Below, one piece after another: positions 33,151 through 48,164 of a stretch of DNA of 64,000 nucleotides (position 1 is the first letter of the stretch; every line of letters begins with the position of its first letter). Both the position numbers and the translations under genes were made by a program. Source of the stretch: Hydrolagus affinis (taxonomy: Eukaryota); the NCBI GenBank assembly GCA_012026655.1, contig JAAILG010000001.1:1-64000 (forward strand), given 5' to 3'. The notes below the pieces were generated by a model, which was given only the letters and a program-made list of their open reading frames with translations, ran no database searches and was not told the origin of the DNA.

Positions 33151-33499
33151 AACAGTGAAAGCAGTATCAACAAGCTCAGGGTCAGAACTGCCAGCAACAA
33201 CTTGCTTATCTGACGAAGATAAAGAATACTCTCCCGCTCCCCACCTTGGAGTTATCTGAAGTTGTATAAAATGAATATGTAGACTCAGTCATCTTAAAAA
33301 ACCGAGGAACCCATGAACAAAAACGACTCGCATTTATAGAGTATGCTTCAATTAGGATACATAGATGGGGGTCAGATGCCAGATAATGCTTTGAAACCCA
33401 TGTCTTTCTTTGCTTGTTTTTGCCTTCCATTCTATTAAGTTGCTTCTTCAGCTCTAGCGTTTCAGTTCTAATGAAGATTCTCACTCAAAACATTAACTC

Positions 33500-33580
33500 A
33501 TGATCCTCGTTCGGATGCTGTTTGGGACTTGGGATGCTATCCTGTGTGAAGGTCGCTATATAAATATAAGCTGTTGTTGT
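33500..33580 (+). mobile_element. L2 3' tail
   Basis: CTTGGGATG..GTGAAGGTCGCTATATAAATATAAGCTGTTGTTG. Confidence 0.6.
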
Positions 33581-36500
33581 CGATTGACCTATTGCCATTT
33601 TGAGATTTCTGCTTTTCTTTACTCAACGGATTTCATCATTCCCTTCTTTGCTATCTTTTCATCTCATTTGAACATTGGTTGCATTATACTGCATAGCATT
33701 CTGCAAAGGAAAATGCTAATCTGGTTTGAGATAAACATCACTGCACTTGATAACAGTAGGAACTATTAAAAGTATAATACTCGATAGGTCACAAAGGATA
33801 ATACATTAAGCAGTTAATACATGTACATATCTCATTTGCATCTGGTTTATTTGGTGTGTTGTAGTGCATATTTGCTTTGTCAAATGCTATATTTTGTTGG
33901 AATAATTTCACATCTTGCCTTATAGATGGGCCCAGTTTGCTTGTCACTCAGAATTCTGTGGCTTTGTGACTGAAATACATAAAAGCCTAAGGTGTTTGTT
34001 TGGTTTGTTTCGATTTATTTCAACCTTTTTCTCCTTTGCAATCCTCTGGTGGATCCTTACTTTGTTTATTACAAATTAAAGTTCAGCTGATTGTTTACCA
34101 GACTCTGGGCTCTGTGTGTATTTCTTTAGCGGATCCCTTTTCATATTGCGGTCCAGGATTCATTTGCAAGTGGCCCTCATCTGCATGAGAATTATACAAT
34201 TAACTTTTGATTAACCACCTAGTTCGCGAAAGCCACAGTGTATAGGATATTCTGCATTTAAATAAATTCCCTAAATTAGGAGCAGATCTTCCATTAATCT
34301 ATGACCCACACTAAACAACAACACTGGGTGATAATCAGGGTCAAAACAATAGACCCAGCAGCAGGGCTAGAATGTCATCTTTAAATATAACAGCCAAGAT
34401 AAAGGCTTCCAGATTGCACCTTATCGTAACACAAAAAAAAATCAAAGCACTCTCTTGTCTGTGGCAAAACGCCAGAGCCCAGTGTCTAGAGCTACCATTG
34501 TTTGAGAGCACAGCCCTCGCCAGATTTGCATTCAGAGAGACAGTCCTAACACACATTACATCACGTACAGCACTTATCTCTGCTTCTGACAATAATTATC
34601 AGCAAGAATGTACTCAGAATGACTTTTTTGTGATATTTATGCATCACAGACACAAGGAAGGTGAGATAACAGCATTATGAAAAAGAAGAGTCTCAGAAGG
34701 CATTGCTCAGTGCTGGTGCACTTCGATTAAATTTACTCTGACACTCTGGTGCTGCTGAACAAGTAGAAAAAGACTATAAGGCTTTTATTTAGTGTAATAA
34801 TAGCTACCAACACATTTCTCTCTGAAAGATAAGATCCTTTGTCAAAACAAACAAAAGAATCTGTATTAAACATTATCTGAAGAATATATATGAGGAAACT
34901 GTAAAACCTGAGCTTTTATTAACAAATGATCTGTTTATTTGACATTCAAAAATAAAATGGTGCCCTATTCTACACAGTTAAAATTGAACTAAGTAGCAAA
35001 AATGGCAATGCAATATTGTAGGATAGACTAATGTTGTAGGTTTTGTGTGTCATTATTTTGTTTTCATGTTGGAAAACAAGTGAAATAATCAGACTTCATT
35101 CTTGCTTGTAGTTAGGCAAATGTCAGATAAGTATTAATAATGAGACGATTACCACTTTGTTACCAGGCAACACTGTACAAAGTTTATTCATTATGCTAAT
35201 CATACTTTCAATTTTCCCCCAGTCATTTGTTTATATCACTTGCATGTGTGTGTTTTTCCGCCTAAAAAAATAAATGCTGAAAATATTAATATGAGATACT
35301 GTAATGATTAGCTGGGTGTCTTATACATTCATTTTTTTAATCAGACCAAAATATAAATAAGGAAACCTTTCTGTAACGTTTGGTGAAACTATTGCTCCTG
35401 AAAGATAGATGTAACAATATTGGAAAAACTGTTATTGTAGGGATGAGAACATGCAGTGCTACCAGGGTGTGAATACAAAGGGTTGAAAATTAATACCTTC
35501 ACAAGGTTATTGGAGAATAATGCACACAATGTTTGTTTTCACACTGACTTAATAATTTATCAATAAGAGAAATGACCCTCATAGCTGGTAAGAAAATAAA
35601 TTTAATTAATTGCAGGAATTAAAGCTATAATATGTTTGTTTTATATAACACAATGTAAGAATAATTGTGGAGAATGTTTCGGATAACATTTTAAGCACCA
35701 ATGCTGGGCTAATTATTCCAGCAGCAGGAAATTATGACCAAATTAAAACAATACGTTGGAGACTGGTTACATAAAGCCCCTGCGGTAAATGCTTCAATTA
35801 CATTTGAGAGTCCTTTTTTTTTAGCAGACCTTGTCTGAAAAGGTTTAAAATGTCTTTATGGTAGCAGTTGTCATGCCTTAGAAAAATCACATGCAGTAAA
35901 AAGTCAGAATTGTCAGTTCTGAAGACACTGCTTGTTCCATTGGGTAAAGCAGAGAAAGCAGAGCTGGCAAACGATCTTTAGAAAAGGACAGAAACAGCAG
36001 CAGAATGAAGATAAAAAGCACTGCATGCTTTATTCTCACTGAAGGATAGCAACAGTAAATCATTTTGAGAAGAAGTGGAATATCTGATAGGTCATCTGTT
36101 GTATAATGAAAGAATGGGAGACAAGAGAGAAGTTAAAGGAGGAAGGTGATTCAAACTCTCAGGGGATGTTAGATTCAGACACATGTTTAGGTGATGAAGA
36201 TGCATATGTAGCTACTGCCATCTGTGTCCTTCATTAGCTCAGGTGAATTCTACCACTTGCATCATAGTCTACATGCAAATTGTATTAACTTTATAAGACT
36301 AATGTCAAAAGTGGCAATGCAAGTACAGAATGTTAGGATTTAGTGTCAAGTCCTAATGGTTTGCTGTTCTGGACCTTAAGTAGCCAAATCTTTATTGAGT
36401 GGTAAACCACTGGGACATTTTAGTCTTTCAGAAGGTTGTTCTGGTTACTACTGCTTTAGTGGATAAAATCCACAAGGACACTCTTTTAACTTGTTTAGAC

Positions 36501-39499
36501 TGTAACCATTCGGTTTTATTTGATTTGGACCCACCAGGGAGGTGGCTAATTTAAACATGTCTGGAGTGGCTTTCATTCTGAACTCGTGCTTGAGAAATGC
36601 AGGCAGGTGATCTTTAAATCGTCCCCTTATCCTGGTCAAAGAGCAGTGAAAGTATTTTACTTTTAATATTCCACATGGACATACTGTTTTCAAATCAATA
36701 CCCCCCCCCCTGCACTTAGATTGAATTGCTTTCACAGACTAAGACTGCAAGCTTCCCGTTCTACTTGGTGAATGTTGTTCAGTCATAAGCACTCTAAATT
36801 TCCCAAATCCAATCTAAAGGGTTTACAGAAGCAACCTAAAGTCTAACAGTCTTCCCAGAGGTCAGAATGCTGTACAGCATCTGAGCATCATGATTATTTT
36901 AGAGTTGTGTTGATACAGGTTTAATGAGGAGGAAAAGGTTTAATTACTGTACCTTTCCGAAGGTTGTTTAATGGAAGAGGAATTGTTGTTTTCAAGGATC
37001 ACAGGTCTATAATTAACAGTGAAAAAACATTACGCATTATTTCGTTATTTTATTTTCAGTGAAGACTTTAAAAAATGTTCTTTGGGATGGTGTACAAGTG
37101 TAATTTTGTTGTTGTTGTTGAAGTGAGTGATTTTAGGGAGGTGGGTAGGTCGGAGAAGGTTGCATGAACAATAATATAATAACTTAAAGCTATAGACAAA
37201 ATTCCGCAATTAATATAAATTCCAAACACAGAATACACTTCCGATTAGAGGTAAATTTTATTTCGGATATGTTAACTGTTCTAGATATATCAATGGCAGC
37301 CAGCTGTTGGTGTCACGGTGGTTGCTGATGGCTGAAATAGAGTATGCAGAAATCTATGAGTTGTGTGTTGTATCCATCCATTGATTGATATTTTTTTCTT
37401 CAGTCGATTATAGGATGGCTATTAAACACACTAAAAAACTTCTTGATTTAATCACCCATAACAATTATTTTTGTAAAGGAAAGAGTGATGAAAAAGCCAA
37501 TCTACATTGACATTTCTAATTTTCTACATATTTCAGCCCATAATGACAAGCACTGTGGCCTGGTACAGTGCAAAAATATTGCTACAACATCTTCAAAGAA
37601 GTTCATGGCAGCTTTCAGATTACGGGTAAAATGCTCACTTAAAAGAAAAAAAAGATTAATCAATCCTCGGCGACAATTTGATCAGGATGTTCCTTCAATG
37701 TTTGAAATCCTTTCTTTTCACAAAATTGATTTGTTGTGTTCATTTTTGGTTTGTGAGAACAACAACAACTTGCATTCATAGAGCGAACCAGAACATCGCA
37801 CGCCAAGATTTGCCCGAAGGTGTAAATGTCACTTCCAACCTGGCAAAGTCCAAAAACACAAGTCAGTAAAATGCCAGCTCGTTCCCCAGGGCCAGTGGTT
37901 TGCTCGCTGCTCTGTTTGCACACTCTTGTCGGCTCAGGATTTACCGCTCTGCAGATCTCACAATCTGAAATTCTCGAACCACAAGCCACATTTATTGCAC
38001 GCATCAGGTTTGTGAATGCTGCATTTTCGACCCCGATATTGCATAGATAGAGTTGTGGGCCTTCATTTTTGTATTTTGCAGGAAAGATAATGCTCCTCCA
38101 ACATATTCCCATCCCCCCAAATAACAGAGGTAAGGGGTGGATCGGATAGGGGTACAGAAAGGCCCCAAATCATAAATATTTGCGAAACAATCAAATCTGT
38201 TGCAAAGCATTCCGTCTTTCATCTCATTAAGTTATTCAGTGTATTCATCCCCTTTGAGGTTTCTTTGTGTAGTATCCATTTGCAAAACGCTTTTAGAAGG
38301 ATATCACTGTGCTGCTCTTGTGTTAAATGTTTGTGGTTGAACAGGGTATGTTACTGCAGGAGTAACAGGAATTCACCGAGGCTGGAAAGCGCATTTACCA
38401 GCATTGATGAGACTGGCTTTTCCAGGCAATGAGTAAACAAATGACATCATTAGACTTACTCCTGATTACACTGTGCGGGATTGGGGTGACTGCACTTTGG
38501 GACTAATCCAGGGGCAGTCACACATGGCAGAACACTGTGTCCTATGAACAAACACTTTCCGATGTTGAAATGTTGCACAAATTTTCATCAGATTCATTCA
38601 TCATCTTCAATTCCTTGGATACCCAACCCTTAATCTAATGTGCTCTGCTAGATCAGCGTAATGCAGCAGCAATATTTACTCAGATCCATATTTTCATGAC
38701 CCTGACACCTCCTGTCAGTTCCCTGCAGCACACATAAGCATGTCTCAAGGTAACTTAAAGGTGTTCACCTTACATCTGATTGGTGTTAATTTCACAAAGC
38801 AACAGTTCATTTTTCCCCCTCCCACGAAGTGTCTTCATTTCACCACTGAATTGTGATAACTTAACATCCAAGTTATTGGTTTTAAAAATGATTTTCTGTT
38901 AAATATTTTGCTTTTACCCTTATGTTTTGTGGTCATTGCTAAAGATAATGCCTTTTACTAAATAGCTGGCATGAACACACTTGTGTTGCATATTTCCGGC
39001 ATAAATTCACACCAGTGCCCTGTTTAATGAATTTATGGAAATCCTTCCACATCCTAGAGGAATTATTCCAGCATAATCTCTGCATATTGGCTTGATGAAG
39101 GCAATCTTTGCCATTCCCAGTTCGCCAGCAGTCACCAAAGAAGCAGCAAAAAATGATCAACAAGTTGCAGAAGTTCTAATTTTCTGGCTTTAAAGTTTAT
39201 GATTGATTTAAGTGAAAGTGGTGACCAGGAATGTCACCGGATCACCAGGGAATCACGGAAATTAATAAAACACTACTTAAAAACGTAAGTAGAAATAGCT
39301 GGGTGACATATTTATTGAGCAAATATTTTGCAAGGCAGAGGAGTGCAGATTACAACCGTTTTAAAAATAACACTGTTCTATTTTCACACCAGCTACCCCC
39401 GTAGATCACCCAAAGTAGCTAGTTAATTAACACCTGCACAAAATAGAAACCAGAAGAATGTCCAAATCTCATTTTTTTTTAAGGGTGGAACCCTTGAGT

Positions 39500-39668
39500 T
39501 AATATTTGTGTGGGAGATACAATCTGTGCGCAATTGGCTGTCGCATTTTGCACACAAAATAAACAGTCAATTTACTTTTTACAGTATATTCTGTGAAGTG
39601 CTTTGAGACGTCTCAAAGACGTGATAAGATGCTATATCAAAATGCAAGGATTATAGTATTTTTATTAG
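39500..39668 (+). mobile_element. SINE 3' half
   Basis: CTGTGCGCAATTGGCTG...ACAGTATATTCTGTGAAGTGCTTTGAGACGTC...ATGCAAGGATTAT. Confidence 0.8.
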
Positions 39669-42600
39669 AGTGGAAGCTAAGCTACAATCACTGAGGACCG
39701 ATGTTGTCTAAATGAAGGAATTCCAATGTTTTCCATTAGATGGCAGTCTTCAGCTTCCTAATGAACAAATTCCTAACTCAAGAAATGAGCCAAGAAGATT
39801 TTTTTTAGAATTTTGTGCAACAGTGGGAAGACTGTCACAAATTCCCTTGCTATTTTATAGTTATTGAACTTTGTGGGAGACTATAGCTCTATTTTTATTT
39901 CCTATAACTCTAGTTTTATTTATTTTCCAGAACACTCTACATATGAGCCCACGTTCATGTCTCAGTGATTTTGAAACCTGGTTTGTTCATTAGTCCAGTC
40001 TTGGATTTATGCCAATATAATAAAACCAAGCTTGAAAAAAAGAACGGAAAAACACTAAACATGAAACATTTCTTAAATCTAAAAATGTTTAGCAACTACT
40101 TCATGAGTGTGTAAGAACCTGTGTTCAATGTTAGCTTACGTTTGTTTAATTGAATAGATTTGCTGTAAAGAACTGAAAACATGTAGGAAAGGGAATTTGA
40201 ATGCAAGGTTAAAAAAAACTATAAAAAGTATTGTACAACAGTAATAGTACATCACCAGAAAGTTTTTTTTAGGCCACTTTGCAGTCACAACTACATGAAT
40301 CTCAAGTGACAATTTGAGCACTATATATTATTAAGAATCTGTGTCCACCTGGGAGAAAGAATCACTGTTGTCATATCACTTTCTATTGAACTTATGTTAA
40401 GCGCCATTTATTGGTTAAAGCAAGCTGAATTCATTTTTTTTCTGAACATGTACAATAAAAATGTAAAAGGCTCGATAAGACAGAACAGGATATGTGAGGG
40501 AATAATTGGCATGTGTCACCAGGGATCCCCCACAGAGGTGGCACAGGCTAACCGTGTTAGATGCAGTTACAGCCACTCCTTCTTCATTCAAAGAGTCATT
40601 CTCTTCTTCAAAACCCCTCTAGTTGAAACATGTAGTCCTCACCCCCGAGTCTGTCGCTTGGGGGAATTCCCTCCTTACGATCAGAAACATCAAACGCCTG
40701 TACATTTGTTCATTTGGGGATTTTGGGGGTTCAGTTTAGGAATGTGCAGCATACTGCAGTACCTCTCTGTCTGGATTCTGACAGCGGGAGGGACCTTCGT
40801 ATTTTTATCAGTTAATTAGAAACCTGAAGGCAGTGGGGGTTTGCCCTGGTGAGCCACCTTCTGCTTTGAGTGTGCTGTGAAACTTTGGTCCTTACTGCTG
40901 TTGGCTGGCCATGATCACTCACAGTAGCCAACCGAGTAGAGTCCCATCTCTCCGTGCTCGCTGCCTTTGATCTGGCTGATATCAAACTATTCTATGCAAC
41001 GAGGGGCTGATCTGCAGGCAGTGGGTACCACAGTAGCCAGCAGTGGCACATGAACAGGACGGATTTCTTACTCCCGCGCATTAAATTCAACCTGAAAACT
41101 GCTGGATGACATCAAGGCAGTACAATTGACTGCTGGTTTAATTAGATACCAGAAATTATAATATTATGTTAAAGAACAAAGAGTCTCCAAAGAAAATATG
41201 TGCTACATATGTGACAGAGATAAATTGGATTATTCAAAATATTCCTGATGAAATATTACATTTTGCTACTAATTATCAATCTGTTTTATCTCTGGACCAG
41301 CTGGGTGGTTGTTACATGCAAGATCTAGCACACCAATGGTCTTTAAACATCTCAGCAACATTTACATCCTTAATTTTGAGAATAAAAAATCTATTTGAGT
41401 CAGCGGGTGTAAATCACAGCTGAGAAGAAAGTCTAATCTTGTTGAATTCCTTCCAAGTTGATCCTTAACTAATGGAATTCTTCGCTGTGTAAATAATGTT
41501 AGAAACAAATTACAACAGAATGCCAATTGTTTTCTCTGACCAAATCCGAAAACACCCTTCTTGAATTTTAGTGTAAACTTCGGTTCACAACAGCCCAGAT
41601 CCCATTCCAACATCCATAACTTTGAACATACTCTATTTCTTCAGAACTTGTCAAATAAGTAAACTAATCAGCTCACAATTGGTGGTTGTGTAACTTTAAT
41701 TTTATAATAAGATGCATTTTCTCCAGAGGCTGACTATATACGGGTTAAAGTTGACCGTGTCTCATATTGAAGCTAAATGTTCAGATCAGGAAAAAAAAAC
41801 ACATGGACAAAAGTCACAGAATGTTAAGTATCAAGGGTTTTATTATTAGAGGATAAACTCCTTCTAATTTTCCACCTAGTTCTTCCAAGTACCATTTGTG
41901 GCCAAGAAGGTAAGTATGCACCTGGTATCCTGCCAAAGCCACTTGAATCAGTCACTAAACATGTGTGCAAGAACGATCTCAAACCTGCCCATTTCCCTTC
42001 TCTGATGCCTGAGGTATTTGAGGGCTGGCAGAGAAAGGCATTGAAGGTGCTTCCTACCTTTGTGTGGTGCAGTGTGTTAGTGCTCCAGTGTGTATCACCA
42101 CCAGCAATTACAGATGTAAAAATACATGTTGCCTGTTTTAATTCATGGCTCGACATACTGAAAAGATGTGTAACAAGTAAATGTATTTGTTCTAATATCC
42201 TTGATTTTAAAGAAAAAAAATACACTTTTGCTTCTGGCTTTGAAGTGAATGTAAAACAAATTGATTAAATTTGTGCACTTTTCAAATTGCTGCTTGTTTT
42301 CTACATCTGCATGTGTCAATCTGTAATTTAATACTATGTAACATGTAAACTGGTTCACTGAAGTGCCCTATAAATGGTGGGGAGACTAAATTCAACACAA
42401 ATCAATCTAATCTAAATTGACGCCAATCTACAATACAAATTGACAAACACAAATGTCTTATGCAAGTGTCTGCACGAGGTTGAATAAAATTCTTCTGTTA
42501 AACATAGGTTTTTTTATATTCCAAGTTTAGGAATCTTTGGAAGTTTGACTGAAACGATTTCTGGAGTCAAAGCCTCAATCAAAGGTTTAATATTTGAGAC

Positions 42601-44589
42601 ATAAGGTTAGAGAAAATAAATGAATATGGACTAAAGAAAACAATAATTTTATTTTCCTGTAATGTAAATAAATGAATAATGATCTGCGTTAAATATTTCT
42701 TTTGGGGTTTAAATAATATTTTCTATCTCTCCTATTAATATCCCTTTGATAATTTGTGCAGAGATAGTCTTTGATTTAAATACCCACATATTATTCCATA
42801 TATCATTGCATTTTTGCATTTTACCCAATCTGAGATCCCAAGCACTGCATCTTTTCTCTTGCCTATGGCTGCCAGCAAATTTTATACAATCCCTTTTCCT
42901 CTGAGTAAATTTGGCCTAACATCTTTGGTCAATCAAGTGTTTTATCCTCCAGAGAAAGTGGAAAAAATCACTTGAAAATGACTGGAAAAAATCTTTGTTC
43001 CATAAGGAGTTTATAAAAGGTGGACTCAAGGTCAGTAAAGTGCTAAATGCTGTTCCTGACTCTCCTGCCAATCCCTTGGTGCTCTAGTTCATTCTCCAAG
43101 TTGATTAGACCAAATAGAGTTGACTACTCTTAAGATAACTCACACAGGGCTTTTGTGTGTCTGTTAGACTCGTGAAAATATACATTTAAGGCTTGGACAA
43201 AGCATATTTCTTTGCTTTGCTTCTCCATGAAGAAAGATGTCCAGTATGTGATCAAGATGCAATACAGCACCAGTTATGTTTAAATGCTAACTATTGTAAA
43301 ATGATTTGAAGCAGAAAAAGCAAATCCCCCAAGGTACATAGAAAAACTACCACTATAACATCTTAGTGCAAACCAAATCAGGGTGAAATAAGCCATCTCA
43401 ACTAACTTACATTTAAAAGCTGTTTGATGCCTTTTATAATCTACAGTGCAGAACTTGATGATTAAAAACATGTTGGAAATACTATGTTTTAAAGATGTGT
43501 TCTGTGGAATAAATATTGTTTTTCTTGGTCATAGCTCCCCACAGAACAGGAAAATTAGTTTCCCATGCATTTGCAGACCTCAAACTGAGTGCTGAGACAA
43601 ACAGAGAGGAACACTTGCATACTGCGAACATTGTATTTTGACACTCTTGGTTACAAAAGGCTTTTGTTTAACTGAGGAATGAACCCGATTTTTTTTTTCA
43701 GTTTCTGTTTTAATAGTTAAAATCAGTGAACTCTAGCAGTATTGTTGATTTGGTTCCATTGTAGCTGGAATACAAAGCGTTGCTTTATTCAAAAAAATTA
43801 AATATTCTGCAAAGATCACTATCTACATAATAATATACTGATCCTCATACATTTTTACATATTTATTACTGTGTTGATAAGCAGATAAGGGAAATAAGAA
43901 TAAAAATGAATCCTTATTAGCAACTGACATTGTATGCACCTATTACTGTATTGTCTGTAATAAAACAAAATGGTTTAGTGCAACATATCACATTCATAAG
44001 ACATTGTGCCATGTTTAACTGTCTATACAGCATTTAGATTTTTGCCTTTTATTGCCATGAGTTTAATTTTATTGCCCCTTTAATTTTTTTTAAATTCAGT
44101 ATTAAGCACAGACGGAGGCTTTTGAAATTCACTGATGTGTTAATTATGACCTTTAGAAACTCCAGCACTCAAGATTAAAGATGAGCTATTGTTTCAAACA
44201 AGTTGGAATGGGTTTGAGAGAGAATAAAGTTACAGGATAAAAGTAGAAGGAAATGAAACATTAATGATTCTTCCAAGTTTAACCTATCTTTGTAAACTTT
44301 TCCAAGTTTCACAAACTGTTGCAGCTGAAATGTATGAGATTTAGTTACACATTACATTGAAGAATACTTGGTGTCCCATGATATATCACATATCAGTATG
44401 CTGCAGAACTCAAATCTGGCAAGTACTTTTATTACAGAAAAGAAATGTAAAATAACAGAAATTCTCTAATACAATATACTGTACTGTTTTTGAACACTAC
44501 ATCTGGAAATTTCATAAATGAAGTATGCTGATCTGGCAATTATATACTGGAAATTGCCAAAAGCCATCATGACAAATTACTAAACACGA

Positions 44590-46950
44590 TGGGGGAAATT
44601 TTCCTGCTGCCGGTCATTAGGGTCTGTGAGAAAGAAATCGAGTGGTAAATCTACCGCTTAACCAGCTCGGGATAAACTGCAGTTTATAGCAAAGCAGCCC
44701 TGGCTTACCTGTGGTGTAGAGTATTTTAGCAACCAAACAGGAGAAGGCAGTGTTAAGCATTAAATAGCACCATAATGGGCATATAATGAGGTCATTACTG
44801 TATATAAGAAATAAATTGGGTGCAAAGTCAGTACCAAAGGAGGAAAATATGGAAAACGGCTCCAAACAGAGTAAGGGAAGCATGTTTTATAGAGGCAGAA
44901 CAGATGCCTTCCTCTTTGCAAAGGAAATAATCTAAAGGAGGACTGTAGCATGTGGCTCTGGCAACCCCAACTCCTAGTAAAGTTATGGAGAAATTTCCCT
45001 GTTGAATGTTATGTCCACTACTCAGTCCACGTGGCAGAAAGAATGGAAGAATGTTCATGATATCAAGTGGTCAGGACCCTGGGCCAATTTAAACACAATT
45101 TGATGTTGTGATGGGAAGATGGTAGGATGAGGATTCTGGAAGGATGAGTTCAATCCTTCTCTTTAATCTTGTGACCCTGTAAACTAAAGAGTCATATTGT
45201 GCCAATGGTGGACCACTTCAGGAGAAGCTCCTAGCTGTCGCAGAGGAGATAATGGCCTAGTTATTCAGTGCCAGCAGTTTTGAGGGTTTGTCAGAGGAAT
45301 ATGTGAGATGCACCAAAGATCACCTTCTGCTAAACCGTTCCCCCAACTGCCTTGCTCTGAGATTTTATTCTTCATGGAGAATCAATGTATAAAAAAATGC
45401 CACTTTTTGTTGTTGTTGATTTGCTTAGTGGGTCAACTTTTATCTGAACTGGAATAAAATATGGAGGTTGCAACTGGAGATGTATCTGTTCTGGAATCAT
45501 TGCCACAAAGTAGAAAATGTTGTGTTGCAGATTGGTTCGGTATGAGAGGAACAGGAGGAACAGCACAATGTGTGGCAGCAATGCACACTATGGTAGAGAA
45601 GAGGATTGGACACACAAATAGTTACCTCCTGTTCATCCATGCTGTGTTAGCTGAAAGGTTAGCTGTACTGGAACAAGCTGATACTGAGAGACTAAGCAGC
45701 TTGGGGGCTTCCATAAAGAATGCTCTTACAGCTGCTATCTCTCAAATGGGTTTCAATCTCTAAGGAGTCATCAATGCTGGTTTTGAAAATGTTGGCAATA
45801 GGTTGCAGTCAACCATGAGGGATGGCTTCAGGGATCTCGTAGATGTGCATTGTTCTGTCCTTAGGCAGTTCACTGTCACCTATGAGCAGATGGCCTTCAC
45901 CAATGGCATGTGCGTGGCCTCAAAGACATAGGGCATAGGAACTCAAGGCATCAGCTCATCTCTTATGGGGCAAACATCCTCATCACATATCCAACATTGT
46001 TCCATTCAAAGGCACAGGCCCTTCATGGTAAACTTCAGTCAATCTGCTTCCTGATATGCTACCCTTGATTCTAACTTAAGTTCTCCTGAATCCCATGAAC
46101 TAGATGTAACTCTAACATCAGAAATGATAGGCCTAGTTGTGCCTCAATTAGTTCAAAGTTGTATTTTATCAAGACTGCTATTGACATAGTTCTCCTTTGC
46201 TGGATCAAATTGGCAAGTTGGCCAGGATACTGTACGTTTCAAACAAAACCAAGATAGTAAGTGGGCATTCCAATAGTGAAAAGAACATTTAATTGTATTC
46301 ATGTAGCTTTGAAAACACTGACTGTCAAAACCTCAGCAGAAAGGTGCTCCATTCCCTAATTGTTCAGGAAGTTCAGGAGAAGGTCTCACATATCAATTCT
46401 CAAGATTGACACAGGAGTCTCAATTTTAGGATTGGTGAGAAATTTTGCCAAAAGGCTTATGATTCTTATTAGTTAATGATTCTTATTATGAATCTCAGAC
46501 CACTGTAGAGAGGAGATACAATGACTGCCATCATGTGTTGTGAATTATCATTGAGTAGCTCATTAATCTGCTGAAATAGGTTTGGTATTTGGTGCTTTCA
46601 TGGTTGACCTATATAATCCAATGTATCAAGGATTATTGCAGACATGTTGTATCCTGTACACAGATCCCTTCATAAAGGTTGAATCTGGACTTGAATGATG
46701 TTTAAGGATGATGATTGGAGGAAGAGGAGTTGCAGACAGTTCTCTGTCTAGAGAACCTATTCTATTCATTGCTCTCCTCCATTAATGCTACAGGGTCTAC
46801 AATTAGAGCAAATACTATTGACAAATTAAAACTTGTTCGCACACTTATCCAAACAGCAGCTGCAGCAAAATGCCCTTTCAATAAGCTGCTCACTAACCAT
46901 TAAATTCTATTTGCACTGTTAAACAGAAAATTGCAATTTAAATTTTAACC
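44590..46950 (+). mobile_element. Decayed PIF/Harbinger transposon (transposase C-terminal remnant ~46440-46750; upstream ORF remnants)
   Basis: Stop- and frameshift-disrupted reading K.Y...LM......QT..ERRYNDCH....IIE..I.LLK...Y.....II..CCIL matches the Harbinger DDE C-terminus (GD.GY..WLMTP..E..YN.AH..TR..IE..IG.LK.RF..CC.LHN). Element boundaries are uncertain. Confidence 0.55.
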
Positions 46951-47503
46951 AAGCAAAAATTCTATGCTGTACAGTAATATTAAAATTACAGTTCTCGTAT
47001 TGCTACTATTTTTTGTCACATATATTTATGCTTGTTACCTTTTGTGTTTTATTCATGTTAAATATTTTAATGGTTTGGGGGATTTTAAGTCATTAAAATG
47101 CCTAAGGTTGAAGTGGTGACCCTTTCTAAGCAATGGCACTGGTAAATTTGGCTTTTTTCCTTCAGAAATACAATTTGAACTCGGGAGTTCTGTGTTATGT
47201 CTTCCTGCATTTGTGATTTGATAATCCGCTTGCCATAGGCATGTTTGTTTTTCTTCAAAACAAAACTATTGGTTCAATGTGTCACATTTACTTGAAACAC
47301 CACAGAAAAGCGTGAGGTTCCTCACTCCCGTGAACTGTTACTGAACTGTTAACCATCAGCAAATCTCCTAATTTCTTTTAATGTACAAGTAAGTGTAAAG
47401 GGCACGATATTTTCCATTGCGCATGCTGTCAAACATCAGTTTGCCTCTCCCTGTCATCTATCTATTAAAATAGATGTATTAAAATAGTTTCAAAACGAAA
47501 CAG

Positions 47504-47763
47504 AGGGGAGCTGAGGAGAAATTTTGTTTACTCAGCGGGTTGTTCGAATCTGGAATGCATTGCCTGAAAAGGTGATGGAGGCCAATTCGATAATAGCTTT
47601 TAAAAGAGAATTAGATCTTTATTTAGGGAGAACAGGTCTGTTAGGTTATGGGGAGAGAGCGGGGCAGGGGGATTGAGTTGCTCTTTTCAAAGAGTCGGCA
47701 CAGACTAGATGGACCGAATGGCCTCCTTTTGTGCCGTAAAATTCTACGATTCTATGATTCTAT
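47504..47763 (+). mobile_element. CR1 LINE 3' end
   Basis: Encodes TQRVVRIWNALPEKVMEANSIIAFKRELDLYL; 3' UTR GGACCGAATGGCCTCCT and (GATTCTAT)n tail. Confidence 0.9.
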
Positions 47764-48164
47764 ATCTTCTTTCCTGTAGATATTTTCCTTGATGTTACAA
47801 CATAGTTTGGTGCAATATTAACTTTAGAAAAGTTAAAGAAGAAAATGTTTCACTGCTAAAACGTGCCTCTGGCAGGTAATAAGAAGTTCTAACCCAATAA
47901 CTAACATTTTTTTAATACAGATGGATCATAAGAAATTTTATATTGTGGCCTAAGATATTTTATTAGTAGGAGAGAAAGAGAAGCCAGTGTAAATGGAGTA
48001 ATGTAACAAAATGTCAGAGTTGTGACCCAATTGCCGACATCAACTAATGTTTTTTAAATCCAGTAAAATGCACATTGTTCGAGGCAAGTTTGTATAACCA
48101 GAAAATATTGAGCTTTGCAAAGGAAAATGCAGAGAAAATCTGATTCAAAATCAAGATAGTTTAC

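Noticed and set aside
37536-37625. Exon-like segment (TTCAG...CGG|GTAAAA) with open frames
   Set aside because: No recognisable peptide and no partner exons; it may be non-coding conserved DNA.
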